Below, one piece after another: positions 14,766 to 29,074 of a stretch of DNA of 64,000 bases. The notes under the pieces were generated by a model. The model was given only the letters and a program-made list of their open reading frames with translations. It was not told the origin of the DNA and searched no databases. Every line of letters begins with the position of its first letter. Positions within the stretch are counted from its first letter, which is position 1. Position numbers and translations under genes: made by a program. The stretch covers positions 2,356,001-2,420,000 of the forward strand of contig OZ024754.1 of assembly GCA_964016885.1 (NCBI GenBank), read 5' to 3'. The stretch is from Eledone cirrhosa (lineage: Eukaryota).

Positions 14766-14798
<33 letters not shown>

Positions 14799-14816
14799 AT
14801 ATATATATATATATAC

Positions 14817-14992
14817 CTTCGCAATCGTGAGGTTGTGAGTTCGATTCCCGGACCGGACGATGCGTTATGTCCTTGAGCAAGACACTTGCTGCTGCTACCT
14901 AGAGTAGCGACCGATAGATAGTACTAGGAACTGGAAAGACTGATGGATACATTGTCTCCTCGGGTCCGATTCGACGAAAGTCGATCGTTCCT

Positions 14993-14996
<4 letters not shown>
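14817..14996 (+). mobile_element. tRNA/CORE-like SINE, 5'-truncated, unusual tail ending gaaagtcgatcgttccttatt(TA)n
   Basis: B-box gagttcgattcc, CORE-like gtccttgagcaagacact. Confidence 0.8.
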
Positions 14997-15043
<47 letters not shown>

Positions 15044-15091
15044 ACCAGTAATACACTGGGTAATTGCTGGCCTTGTGCCAAAAGTAGAAAC

Positions 15092-15135
<44 letters not shown>

Positions 15136-15170
15136 AGAAAGTCGATCGTTCCTTATTATATATATATTCT

Positions 15171-15388
15171 AGGAACGATCGACTTTCGTCAAATCGGACC
15201 GAGGGAACAATGTTTCCGTTGGTCTTTCCAATTGCTAATACTATCTATCGGTCGCAACTCCAGGTAGAAGGAGCAACGTGAAATAAAGTGTCTTGCTCAA
15301 GGACATAACGCATCGCCTGGTCCAGGAATCGAACTCACAACCTTACGATTGCGAGTCCAATTCTCTAACCACTCAGCCACACGCCTTC
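15171..15388 (-). mobile_element. Full-head copy of the same SINE, tail-to-tail with 14817-14996
   Basis: Minus strand A-box tggctgagtgg, B-box gttcgattcc, same tail. Confidence 0.85.
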
Positions 15389-15480
15389 ATATATATATAT
15401 ATAATAAGGGACGATCGAATATATATATCTATATATTAAATTCAAATATTAACAAAATAGATGTTCTTGTGATCAATTAA

Positions 15481-15546
15481 ATTGTATTATACATATTTCA
15501 GAGGTACTTGAATCAAGTTCAACAGTACGTCCTCATCAGATACAAT
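15481..15546 (-). ncRNA. Type-I hammerhead ribozyme motif (family A)
   Basis: attgtat-CTGATGA-ggacgtact...agtacctct-GAAA-tatgta-TA-atacaat; compensatory G-C in stem I relative to the 2097 copy. Confidence 0.85.
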
Positions 15547-15815
15547 AAATGATACATGACATATCCTGACATGTTAGATGGTTAAGATTTAATCATATGT
15601 ATGTATGCATCACTGCATGCGTGTGAATTTATGCATACCTGCGGGCGTTTATGTATGTGCGTGTGTTTGGTTAGAGAGTGAGGGAAGAGAGAATCCGATT
15701 CTAAATTCTTTCTCAATGATATAGGTATCAGAGATTTTTCTGAAGAGAAGAGTCAGAGTCAGCGGTTTTATGTTTCCCTAATTACAGGTGGGTTTGTTGT
15801 TGTCGTTACTGCTTT

Positions 15816-15866
<51 letters not shown>

Positions 15867-15945
15867 CCATGTCATCATTAACTCTGTTTTTATTCTTGTA
15901 CCTTATTTGAATAGAGTCAACTATTTCTTAATTGTGACAATCATG

Positions 15946-15985
<40 letters not shown>

Positions 15986-15986
15986 A

Positions 15987-16031
<45 letters not shown>

Positions 16032-16060
16032 ATATATTCCTGATGATTTCTAATGAATGA

Positions 16061-16126
<66 letters not shown>

Positions 16127-16212
16127 ATATATATCAAGCATTAAACTAATATATTTCTTCATTGAACTGTGTCGTTTGCTTTGTTATTTCCGTTTACTTT
16201 TTTACACATACT

Positions 16213-16247
<35 letters not shown>

Positions 16248-16279
16248 TTATATTATATATATACATATATATATATATG

Positions 16280-16337
<58 letters not shown>

Positions 16338-16454
16338 ATATATATATATACATGTGTGTCTATTATAATGACAAACCTGAATATATTTCACCTTCGGGTG
16401 AAGCTAATTTCATTGACATATGCCACATAACGTAGTGCTTACATATGTGCAAAC

Positions 16455-16501
<47 letters not shown>

Positions 16502-16898
16502 GGGGGGGGGGGGGGGGGTCGGAATGCAGGTCTTTATTCCTGAATGTAAGTATATATGCTTACACATGTGTAGAATGGATATCTGTAAGTGGTTGTATAA
16601 CTGTAGACAGAAAACCTTTTAGTGAGGGGATCAGAGAAAATTAGTCACGGATTTCTAGCGTTCCCATTTCAATGGAAATTTAATAATATTATACAATGGT
16701 GGTCGTTGATGTTTTTATCAGTGAAATGTCATTTCAAGCTCAGTCAATTCAGTCAACAGATATTATAAAAAAAGTCTAGCTAGTCACCTAATTAGACGAG
16801 GTTTTTACAGTTTGTTAGGTTCTAGCTTCAAATATAACCTTTCATCTGTGAGTTTGTTTGCCTTCCTCACTCTCTCTCTCTAGAGAGAAAGAGAGGCA

Positions 16899-16950
<52 letters not shown>

Positions 16951-16954
16951 AGAG

Positions 16955-17052
<98 letters not shown>

Positions 17053-17171
17053 GATGTCTGTGTAGTTGGTAGTTAAGTTAGGCTTAAAAATGGAATGAGA
17101 ATAAGAAGAAAGCAAGAACGAGGCGGGGGGGGGGGTCCTCATCAGTTGTCTACTGGGGGTATCGGATATTC

Positions 17172-17240
<69 letters not shown>

Positions 17241-17353
17241 CTGTATATATATATATGTGCATGTATGTATGTATATCTATATATAATATATATATATATA
17301 TATGTGTGTGTATATATGTGTATAGATATACTATATCTAGATATCCATAGATC

Positions 17354-17384
<31 letters not shown>

Positions 17385-17871
17385 TTGCGTGTGTGTGTCT
17401 GTGTGTGTGAGAGAGTGGGGTGGAATAAATATGCTGAAGACATATAGAACTGTTTCAAGTTAACACGCCAAAGGAATGGTAGACCTTCCTAAAAGTATTG
17501 CATGTCAGTCCATTTTACTGGACATAAGTTATAAAAAGTTATTTTATCTAAATTTATGTCTTCTTTAGTGACAAATATTGCTGGCCAATATTCTCACCTT
17601 TTGAGAATGGGTAACTCCTGTTGATGTTTTATTTCAGACTATATGCAAAGATGAATCGCCAACCGACCGAGAAACAAAAATACATGTATGCTTTAAGCTC
17701 ATTTTTGTCTTAATACCGAATGAGAAAAAAAAAAAAGCCGGATAAATGTCTACAAATAGCTGTCTGGAATGCTCACTGGCTACCGAGGTATCTGTGATAT
17801 GATTTCAGATTAAACCTTCATAGCGAGACACTTGCATGTTCATTGTACATAAATATATTGCGTTTACCTTT

Positions 17872-18240
17872 ATATACACACGTGGGCATGCCAACAAAGT
17901 TAGAAAACAGCACAGCTCCCATAATTTTAGGAAACATTTTTTCACGCTCAGAGTTGCTGAAGCGGGGAACAAACTTCCTGCATCAGTTATTGGCTGTCGA
18001 GACTCTACATCCTTTAAAACCTCCATCAGTTGTTAGCTGTCGAGACACTGCATCCTTTAAAACCTCCATGCTTCCTGAGATTCGCCAACACTACACCTAA
18101 TATTCCCCCTCCATACACACGCACACATGTATATCATGACTCATACACTATTCACTTCCCTGACATTTGCATATTATGCTATGTACTATACATGCACCTT
18201 TGATGAGTTGTAGTGCACCTGAGCACTGTACACTATAATT

Positions 18241-18283
<43 letters not shown>
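17872..18283 (+). mobile_element. CR1-clade LINE 3' end with (TTA)n tail and internal 43-bp tandem duplication
   Basis: TRGHANKVRKQHSSHNFRKHFFTLRVAEAGNKLPASVIGCRDSTSFK matches the CR1/L2 ORF2 C-terminal pattern (TRGH..K..R..FF..RV...WN.LP..V.....FK); duplication 17981-18066. Confidence 0.85.
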
Positions 18284-18284
<1 letters not shown>

Positions 18285-18559
18285 TGGGAACCACTTTTAA
18301 GAAATTTTAAATGTCTGTATAATTTTCGTACGCTGCCTCAAATCTACGCTACCAATTTTATTCTTTTGAATATTCTATAGGAATAACGGAGCTGCCAAAC
18401 CTCACTACCAGAATATGTGTCTACCATAAATATTGGTGAAATACTAGGAAGCTTTTAATCGTTAACAATGTACAGCAAAGACAATATCATAGAATTAAAA
18501 AAAAACAATATACATTTACAAAAATAAATGTATGTATATATATGTATAAATTTGTGTGT

Positions 18560-18617
<58 letters not shown>

Positions 18618-18655
18618 TTATATATATATATATATATATAAACACACACACACAC

Positions 18656-18736
<81 letters not shown>

Positions 18737-18778
18737 AAAAACAAAAATAATAACGAAGAGTGCAGTACAAACAGTGTT

Positions 18779-18817
<39 letters not shown>

Positions 18818-18831
18818 ATATATATGTGTGT

Positions 18832-18897
<66 letters not shown>

Positions 18898-19361
18898 CAC
18901 TGTTTATACTACACTCTTCATTTTTATTTTTGTTTTTTTGTTTTTTACTTATATACATAAGTGTGTGTATATTTGTGTGTGTGTGTAAATGTGTGTTTAT
19001 ATATCCATACGTATTGAGAAACTGATGATTCTATTGATATTGATGGGATGCTTGCATGTCACAATAGATTTCCACATTGCAAACTTTGTAATGATAGTGT
19101 GAAAACAGAAATTCTATTATAGTTAAGTCGGTAGAGTAGCTTTTACCAAGACATTTCTTAAAGCTACGGCGTTGTTTCTATTTTTCTTTCTTTCAAATAC
19201 TCATTAACCTCTCTCAAGGAAAATATAGAGAAAAATCACTAAATATATTTATATGGCTTTATGTGTTAAAAAAACGAATTATGATGCGTAACGTTTTTAC
19301 TGGTTGAGTGAAAAGTGAGAATAATGCGAAAAGCTGACAAATATTTTGCTTGAACTAATGT

Positions 19362-19406
<45 letters not shown>

Positions 19407-19454
19407 CACACACATACACACATACACACACACGCACATATATATATATATACA

Positions 19455-19618
19455 TTTAACATAGAAATGGCTTCTACACACACACACAAGCCTAATGATC
19501 TCCTCCGAATGAAACAGTTCTATTCTTGTAGAAGCCAATTCTATATTAAATATTTATACGCTAGTATGTTTTGAGTACGTTACTTACTCTCGTTACCCCC
19601 TATTGAACCCGGGTCAAA
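19455..19618 (+). mobile_element. Diverged 'tagtcctgtagaagcc' family element with short inverted arm
   Basis: cctaatgatctcctccgaatGAAAcagttctattcttgtagaagcc; inverted tagaaatggcttctaca at 19462. Confidence 0.65.
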
Positions 19619-19629
19619 CACACACACAA

Positions 19630-19662
<33 letters not shown>

Positions 19663-19863
19663 AAGTTATGTATATATATATATATGTGTGTGTGTGTGAG
19701 TCTATGTAATGAAAATGAAGTATATTCTTCCAGAAAAAAAATGGTAGACACTGTTTATCGGTTGCATAAAAAATCTATTGCATTATATTTCTTTACCGAA
19801 GTGATAAGATGTCTATTTTTTTCTAACAAATATACTTTATTATATTGTGGTGTACACCACAAG

Positions 19864-19932
<69 letters not shown>

Positions 19933-21602
19933 ATATATATAATATAAATATACATTATATATTATATACGTTATTTATTATTTATAAACTAATAATTATA
20001 AGCCCTAATTTTGCTAAAAAAATGTATTATATCTAATTAACACTGTTAATCTTTTTTCCCAGAATTTTCTCAGAGAAATGTGAGAACGTATGGAAATACT
20101 TCAGGTAATAATAACCGATATCCTAAACTTTAGGATATAAAGCATTCAGGGTTTGTGGTTTAGTGGTTATCGAACCTTTCACCTATCGTGTTAGGCAGTT
20201 CATTCCTTGCAGTGAAAGTATCACGGTATGAAGCGACACGAGAAATATATTGAAATACGACTTAATTTTTTTTACTTTGTACCTTTTTGTTTTTTCTTTG
20301 GCTTCTTCTGAATTCTGCTAAAACTGTATAGCAGCTCATTAAGCCAAAACTGAATTCAAGATCTTTTGAAATCAAAGAATCCTTATTCATGGCAGCTCAA
20401 GAAAATGGTATAAATTCGAGTTTGCATTATTGAAAAGGTTTGCTGACAGTATGATTAAAAGGATTACAAAAAAAAAATAATAATAAATATGATAATAAAA
20501 TTAAATTAAAATAACTAAAAAATGAACATGTCCAACTTACTGATTATAAATTTTGTTTTTGAAATAACATAAATTAGGTTCTTTTTTCTTTTTTTCCCGA
20601 AGATTCTCAATACAAAAAATAATTTAATATCAACAAAAATTAACTTTCTATAGAAACATTAAAAAGAAATTTCACAGGCTTCCATTTATTTTGCTAGATA
20701 TTTTTTCCATGAATTACATTCCTTTTTATGAGTTATTTCATGAATTATTTTGCATTTTAATAAGGCTGTGCTCTAAACCCCGTATTAGTTCTCCTCAAGG
20801 CGCTAAATAAAATCAAACATTATTATTATTATTATCATCAATATTCATGTTATTTTTTCTTTTGCTTGCGACAAGCTTTACAGCAAAGTTTGTTAATTTT
20901 TTTTTTTTCTTCTAAAATTTATCATCAAGCTGCCTTAGACGTTGCAAGAGTTTTTATTTTATTTAAATTTGAAAATTTGGAAGTGTTTATCAGTTTAAAT
21001 ACAAATTAAAATAAAATTCACTTCAAAATTATGTGGTACTCTATCTTTCTGTCTACACAAAATATTGGGTATCTGTTTCTATGACACCTCCAAGTTTCCA
21101 ATGTCTTCTAAATAGAAGTGTGTTACGAAAACTCTGTAAGCACGTTGTTCTGATATTCAACGATCAGCCATGAGAATGGATGTTCACGTATATCTCAGAT
21201 ATCAAAGGAAATCAAAGTTTTCATTGTTTAGGCAGGTAACTACACATGCTCAGAGTATACCCCAGCCAACGACAAATTCCGAATGACCAAGAAAACAGAA
21301 TCATATAAAGGAATATTCGATGCGTTTATGTATAATAAACACGTATAACCCTCTTCTCTAGAGTTATGAAGGTACATCTACATGAAACACTCTTTCAACC
21401 TTGAATATAGACTTCATTACTTGATGAAATGTGAACTACTTCCGAGACATAATAGTCAAATCCCCTTCAAATCACTCTCCACTGTCTCAGATGAAAAGCA
21501 AATCTGTCAAATGAGTTATAGGAAGCCTGACAAAAAGTTGGGATTGTCACAAATGGAGGGCTTTTAATTATAGTACTGCACCATATAGCTACCACCCTAT
21601 AC

Positions 21603-21850
21603 ATTGTTAGTTCAAATCAAATCCTGCCGAAGTTAGCTTTGCCTTTCATCATTTCTGGATCGATAAATAAAGTACCAGTAATGCACTGGGGTTGCCTTTA
21701 CCGTCTGATTTCAAATCCCGCCTAGGTTAGCTTTGCCTTTCATCTTTACAGAGTCGATAAAAAAAAGTACCACTAATTCACTGGGGTTGGTTTAATCGAC
21801 TTTCTTTTCCCCTTCAAATTTCTGGCCTTGTAACTATAGTATAAACAATT
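21603..21850 (+). mobile_element. Two tandem partial SINE copies
   Basis: gttagctttgcctttcatc...gataaataaagtaccagtaatgcactgggg, twice. Confidence 0.85.
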
Positions 21851-21954
21851 ATTGCTAGGGTGGTGGTACAAATAAAACACAGAAACATAGCGGAGTGGCT
21901 TCACCTTTCTTGTTATGGAGTTGAGAGTAAAACTGCTACAATGAACGATGTTTG

Positions 21955-22592
21955 TACAGGTAAGTGGAGAGGCGCCAAAGGTATGAACCCTGTATCTACA
22001 GATCAGTCAGTGTAGAGAGGTGTCAAAGGTACGATCTTGTCTCTACAGGTAACTGTGGAGAGGTGTCAAAGGAATGATCTTTTATTTACAGGTAACTGTG
22101 GAGAGGTGTCAAAGGAATGATCTTTTATTTACAGGTAACTGTGGAGAGGTGTCAAAGGAATGATCTTTTATTTACAGGTAACTGTGGAGAGGTGTCAAAT
22201 GTAAGATATTGTATCTACAGGTAAGAGTAGAAGGTCTCAAAGTTATGATCTTGTGTCTACAGGTAAGATTAGAAAGGTGTCAAAGTTATGATCTTGTGTC
22301 TACAGGTAAGATTAGAAAGGTGTCAAAGTTATGATCTTGTGTCTACAGGTAAGATTAGAAAGGTGTCAAAGTTATGATCTTGTGTCTACAGGTAAGATTA
22401 GAAAGGTGTCAAAGTTATGATCTTGTGTCTACAGGTAAGATTAGAAAGGTGTCAAAGTTATGATCTTGTGTCTACAGGTAAGATTAGAAAGGTGTCAAAG
22501 TTATGATCTTGTGTCTACAGGTAAGATTAGAAAGATGTCAAGGGTATGATCTTGTGTCTACAGGTAAGAGTAGAGTGGTGTCAAGGGTATGA
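21955..22592. repeat. 43-bp minisatellite, ~15 units, two subtypes
   Basis: acaggtaactgtggagaggtgtcaaaggaatgatcttttattt then acaggtaagattagaaaggtgtcaaagttatgatcttgtgtct. Confidence 0.95.
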
Positions 22593-22680
22593 TCGATACA
22601 TCATTAATCATGTTCAAAAACAATATATATATATATATAATAACATCCCTATTAGGTTTCAACAAATATACATATGTACA

Positions 22681-23049
22681 TACCCTCGGGTCCCAAATAA
22701 TAGGGAGCTGGAATAACCGGGGTGGGATAAACGGCAGGGTCGGTTGGAATAAGTCGGAAGGGTGGAAAATAACTAATTTTTCTAGACTGTCTCCGTTGAT
22801 ATTTTAAAAACCGGAATCAGGGATTTACTTTACATATTGAGACCCCAACCCTTTCTATTTATTTTATAACCTATGTCATTCGAGTAATGTACATTTTGGG
22901 TCATATATAATATTTTTTAATGTCTAAAGGAACACAAATTTATTATAAAGATAGATTAAGAAAATTTAATAATCGGGTGAAGGTTAGAAAAGATCTGAAG
23001 AATTAATAAGCAGGCGTGTGGGGAGATGATTATTGGAGTGTTAAGGTTA
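22681..23049. mobile_element. Possible old Tc1/pogo-type MITE
   Basis: Degenerate termini taccctcgggtcccaaataat / attattggagtgttaaggtta with subterminal aataa(g/c)cggg motifs. Confidence 0.35.
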
Positions 23050-23373
23050 CGAGGAATTCATAGTTAGAAGGGCTGACAAAATTTATATACAAGGGAAGTA
23101 ACTAGAGAGAATTGTGTTAGAGTTATTTTCCTTGAATATATATATATTGATATTCTGAATTGAAAAGCGTCCGATATGTCATTGAATAGAACTCAAATGG
23201 ATGGAATTAATTAACTATTGAACCTTGAATTATTTGGTTCATTGATTAGTAGCACATGTCTATGTATATGGGTGTATGTATATGTGTGTATGTATATGTG
23301 TGTATGTATAAATACTGTTGAACAATTAATCAAATAAAACAAAGTTTCGGCTGATAATCCATGTGTTTGTATG

Positions 23374-23404
<31 letters not shown>

Positions 23405-23454
23405 ATGTGTGTGTGCATGTGTGCATGTGTGTATGTGTGTGTGTGTATACAGGA

Positions 23455-23497
<43 letters not shown>

Positions 23498-23578
23498 CCT
23501 GTGAATACACATGTGAAGTTCCAGAGTAAAAACTCTGAAATTTAGCCTAAATGATATGTGAGGGAGAGGGGGGGGGGG

Positions 23579-23677
<99 letters not shown>

Positions 23678-23847
23678 GTGAGAGAGAGAGATTAGTATTT
23701 AATAGTGTAAGGTTCTAGCCAGATAACGTAGACAAGTGTATATATGATTGTGGTATGAGAGGGGAATATATCAGTACGAGGTTACTAATTATACCCAAGA
23801 ATAAAATAGGACTAAGGAACATTTGTGGCATACCAACAGCATTTGAG

Positions 23848-24137
23848 GGGATTGGCAGTGTCGGTAGAGGGTCGGACGCCATGGTTTGCAGCATAGAGTT
23901 ACGGTCCTTTACGGTTTGAGTTCAAATCCCGCCGAGGGTAACTTTACCTTTCATCCTTACGGAGTCGATAAAATAAAGTACCAGTAATACACTGGGTTAA
24001 TTGCTGGCCTTGTGCTAAAAGTAGAAACAATTATTATTGGTGGATTGGCAGTATCGGTAGAGGGTCGGATGCCATGGCTTGCAGCACAGAGTTACGGTCC
24101 TTTACGGTCAGAGTTCAAATCCCGCCGAGGTTAACTG
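23848..24137 (+). mobile_element. Full SINE plus adjacent 3'-truncated SINE, head-to-tail
   Basis: ggattggcagt.tcggtagagggtcgga heads at 23848 and 24039. Confidence 0.92.
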
Positions 24138-24281
24138 TACTCTATTTGAAGTCTTGTACACATTCCATCGATCCCTGTTTCTCGAACTGTTAAGACAGCT
24201 TTGATTGTTAAGAGGTGTAAACTTCAAAACAGGGAAACAAACAGTTCCACACACAATATATATATATATTATATATATATA

Positions 24282-24324
<43 letters not shown>

Positions 24325-24423
24325 GCCCACATTCTCATCTAGAGATATATACATATAAACGAATGTACAAGAATTCGCACATATACATACATACATATTA
24401 TATTACATACATACATATTACAC

Positions 24424-24497
<74 letters not shown>

Positions 24498-25008
24498 AAA
24501 CAGTCATAAGTTCCCAAATATATATATATATTAAAGTTATGAATAATTCTACATCTATTCATAAAAACAGAATAACAAAACAAAACACAGGTGAAAATAA
24601 ATTGAGAAAGAAGCAAAAGGAAAAAATATATATATATTCCTTGTTTCTAAGATGCAGGTGAAGTAAAGGTAGCAAACGTGATTTTAATTGAAAAAAGGTG
24701 AGTTTAATACGTTATTAAAAGGTGGAATGAGTTCTCGGAAGTAGCATGGAAAAAACTGATGTCTGAAATACACGAAAACTCCGGAGGAGCTGACATTAAT
24801 AACTGGAGTCACGAAATGAATTGTTCAAAAAATTATTTATGTATAATCTACAAATATACACTTCCATGATTGTAACTCTATATGAATGTCATTTTATATG
24901 CATGCATATATGTATATATACATAGACACACATATATATATATATTTACACACACACACATATATATATATATATATTATTCACACACACACATATATAT
25001 ATATATTT

Positions 25009-25065
<57 letters not shown>

Positions 25066-25066
25066 T

Positions 25067-25125
<59 letters not shown>

Positions 25126-25478
25126 CACACATACACACACACACACATATATATATATATGTATATACACACACACATACATACATGCATATATATTATT
25201 CCTTCATGTTCGTGTTTTGTCCTGTTTTCCACTCATTCTATTATATTTGATTTATATACATATGTATTGATTGGTGTGTATGTGTGGGTGTGTGCGTGTG
25301 TGTGGGTGTGTGAGTGTTTGTATCGGTGTAATTTCTGAAAATATATATCCGTATATAGATATGCATGCATGTCCACGGGTGTATATATTTCTTTGAACCC
25401 CCTACCTTCCATCTTTTTTAATTTCTCACCCACTGTCTCACTCTGTCTCTCAATTTATATACATACATACATATATAT

Positions 25479-25560
<82 letters not shown>

Positions 25561-25569
<9 letters not shown>

Positions 25570-25801
25570 TAAACGGAATAGAAAATGCTGACAAATTGTT
25601 CACAGTGAAAAATAGTTTAATTAGGAATAAGTGAGAATTAGTAATAGTATTCAGTTTTGGTTTTTAGTTTAAACTTTAGTTAAACTAAAAACCAAAACTG
25701 AATACTAACCAATACTATTACTAATTCTCACTTATTCCTAATTAAACTATTTTTCACTGTGAACAATTTGTCAGCATTTTCTATTCCGTTTACCAATATA
25801 T
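25561..25801. repeat. Near-perfect long palindrome (~110-bp arms) in a TA-flanked element
   Basis: ttggtaaacggaatagaaaatgctgacaaattgttcacagtg... mirrored by ...cactgtgaacaatttgtcagcattttctattccgtttaccaa; centre ~25675. Confidence 0.95.
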
Positions 25802-26663
25802 CATAACTTGTGTGTTACACCTCTATTCTTTTAAATATATATATATATATATAGTTTTACGAGGTTTTTTATATGAAATTGTGTGTCGAAACAAATATTG
25901 ATATACTATGTGTTTGTGTCTATATTGTATCTGTATTTTTGACCGTTGGTCAGTCAATGGCAATATTGAGGACCGAATGAATGAATGAATGAATGAATAT
26001 AATAAATTAAATTAACCGATATAAAAGACAAAGAAGCGAAAAGCGAAAACCAACCAAACAGTGGGTGTTTTCTGTTATTAATTCTGGCAATATTACACAA
26101 ATATGACCCTCCCCAAGTATAACAATATATATATATATATATACACTGTGAATGTCCGTACACTTTCTGCTGACGAGTATGACTCGGTACTAAACCTCTC
26201 CCTTATTTCACTCGTATTCAATGTAATCATGTCTAATATCCTGTCTATATTCCACATTGTTTGCAACTTCAGCAAAATTATCTGATCATCCCCCGATTGG
26301 TTTCGATTGGTTTTAAGTTCTATGTACTCCACGTTGTTCCAAATATTGTACTACATCAGTGTTAACACTACAACGTCTGAGTTTGTTCTGGGCTTAGTCA
26401 CAGGCAAACTCTATTTTTAATCATTGGACAGACGTATTCTCATACCTTTTGGGAGTAATGTTGCTGCATATGGTGCTTAGCTAGAATATCTAGTTGTCGT
26501 TCCAGGTAGAGACGTTAATTCCCAGTTCTAGTACTAACGACATGTGATAAGAACGTCTCGGGAAAGAATCGCTGGACAGATTTTGGTTGAACTTCAAGAT
26601 TATCTGATATGTGCAATTACGTAGACCTGTTAATTTCGCACCCACCTGCCGTTCTCGTTCATA

Positions 26664-26786
<123 letters not shown>

Positions 26787-26798
26787 AGTATTTCCGTA

Positions 26799-26850
<52 letters not shown>

Positions 26851-27048
26851 ATATATAAACGAGGAATAGTAGATACAGTTTTTAGTACGATATACACTTA
26901 GGTTCTGTTTTGATTTCAAATCACGAGAATGACGATTTGTCTTTCTTCACTCTGGGGTCATCAAGATAAAGTTGCTGTCAACAAGGTTTGGCTTCGTGCC
27001 AATGGTAGCCATTATTATTATTGGTGATGTTGTTGTTGCTGTTGTTGT

Positions 27049-27081
<33 letters not shown>

Positions 27082-27762
27082 GACTGGCGTAGTTTTAGTT
27101 GTCGTTTATGGCCAAGTTTTCTTAATGAAATTTGTCGTTGAATTATTCTTTTTTGTTTATTACGTTCCTCATTGATTCTTCTTTTTTCCTTTCTTTTTTA
27201 TTTCCTTTTCTTTTTTTTTCCTCGCTTCTCTTTATATCTTTCAATTTTAATTAAACTGTTGTAAACGACCGCCATTAACTTCACATTTCTAACCATTTAT
27301 TGAGTTATTTCATTATTTCTATTGTTGTTGTATTTTACTTTTTGAAGCCTGTAAATTATGAAATAGAATTGTTTTAACAAGAATTCCGCTTCATCAATCT
27401 GTGAGCAGATCGATAAGAGATGATTGATTTATCGACAGCTTGTTTGTTTTCTATTCCTCTTCAATGATCACAATACTGCTTCCATTGCATTAACGCGCTG
27501 TCGTTATTTATTCTCTCTTAGACAAATTTTAGATCAATGAAGCAAATATATAGAATGGAGGATGCTTCATTTGCCTGGCTTTATACTTAAGAATAGTTAG
27601 TGATTTCCCAGCTATTAACATCAGCTTTCATTCTTTCCTTATTTCTCTTTTATATTACATTTCAATCAGTATATACTCTAATCATCTTTAAGTGATTTCA
27701 TATTTAAATATTCGTATTTGAACAAATACACACCACACACACACACACACTATATATAGATA

Positions 27763-27801
<39 letters not shown>

Positions 27802-28018
27802 GTATATATATATGTATTATATGTATGCATGTGGGTATATATATTATATTATATAAACATGTGTGTCTGTTGGTGTATGTGAGGTTACGGTTTTCATTTC
27901 ACATGGTTTGAGGGTTGGGTCCAGCTGTTTGCCACCTTCAGTATGCATGTTCTATTATAATCTCTTGTGGGTAGAATTCGTATTTAAACTAATACACACA
28001 TACACACACATATATATA

Positions 28019-28074
<56 letters not shown>

Positions 28075-28339
28075 CCTACATATGTGTGTTTCTGTGTGTG
28101 TTTATTAATTTATTTAAAAACCCGTGTTCAATTAATAATTCCTGTTCTAATCTATTTTTAATTACTCCATTAATTATTGATTTGTGTATCGATAAGAATC
28201 TCCAAAATCAATAAATTAGTCAATAAATAATTATATTAATATATTAGTTAACAACAGATTGGTGAACTACGACCAGAGTGTCGTTTTACTGATATTATGA
28301 CTCTACCAAACTACAAGTCAATACATATTAAATACATGT

Positions 28340-28493
28340 CTAGAGCGGGTAAAATTCTCGAGATCCATGGACGAGTTCTCTCCAGCGATCTCTGTCCCTC
28401 ATTATCGCTGCCATGTCCTGAGTCTCCAAGAGACCAGTGTCTGTCCTTAGGGCATCAACACATGTTAACCTCGGTCTTCCTCTTCTATGGACA
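28340..28493 (-). mobile_element. RTE-clade LINE 3' fragment
   Basis: Reverse complement of the 14393-14549 family. Confidence 0.85.
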
Positions 28494-28859
28494 TTAAATA
28501 TATACTAAGTATTAAACATACTAAATATAAATAAAAACACAATACAGAATGTTTCAAAAATCCAAAGGTATCGTACTAAATAAAATAATATAGTAAACAT
28601 ATTTACTAAATACTGAAATAAAAAACTAAGGATTGAGTCCTGTTCCCTGCAACAATGTTTTTGTCAATTTGTCCGTGAGGTGCTGGTAAAATATAGAGTT
28701 GACGGCCCACGTAGACAGGAGGTCAGTCGATACATAGAATTCCAAGACAGTAGAGACAATAAGCAACCAAACCTACCTGACATAACTATTTCAAAAGTGA
28801 CACAAATACCTTTCAGTTCCTTAAATTTTGAAAGGAATACTTGCACCTTCCTACCCAAA

Positions 28860-28940
28860 AGAAATCATCAGGAAAGTCCTGATGATTTCTCTTGAATGAA
28901 ACGGTTCTAGTCCTGTAGAAGCCATTTCTATATTAAACTT
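28860..28940 (+). ncRNA. Hammerhead core (CTGATGA-ttc/gaa-GAAA) with fold-back copy of the core
   Basis: agaaatcatcagga-aag-tcctgatgatttct hairpin, then cttgaat-GAAA-cggttctagtcctgtagaagcc; stem I not evident. Confidence 0.5.
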
Positions 28941-29019
28941 TATATATATATATATATAAACGTTAACCTAATATATCCCTTCCATATACTATACCAATTG
29001 TGTTGTTATTTCTGTTTAC

Positions 29020-29074
<55 letters not shown>

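Noticed and set aside
15300-15388. tRNA gene
   Set aside because: A/B boxes continue into a SINE body; it is a tRNA-derived SINE head
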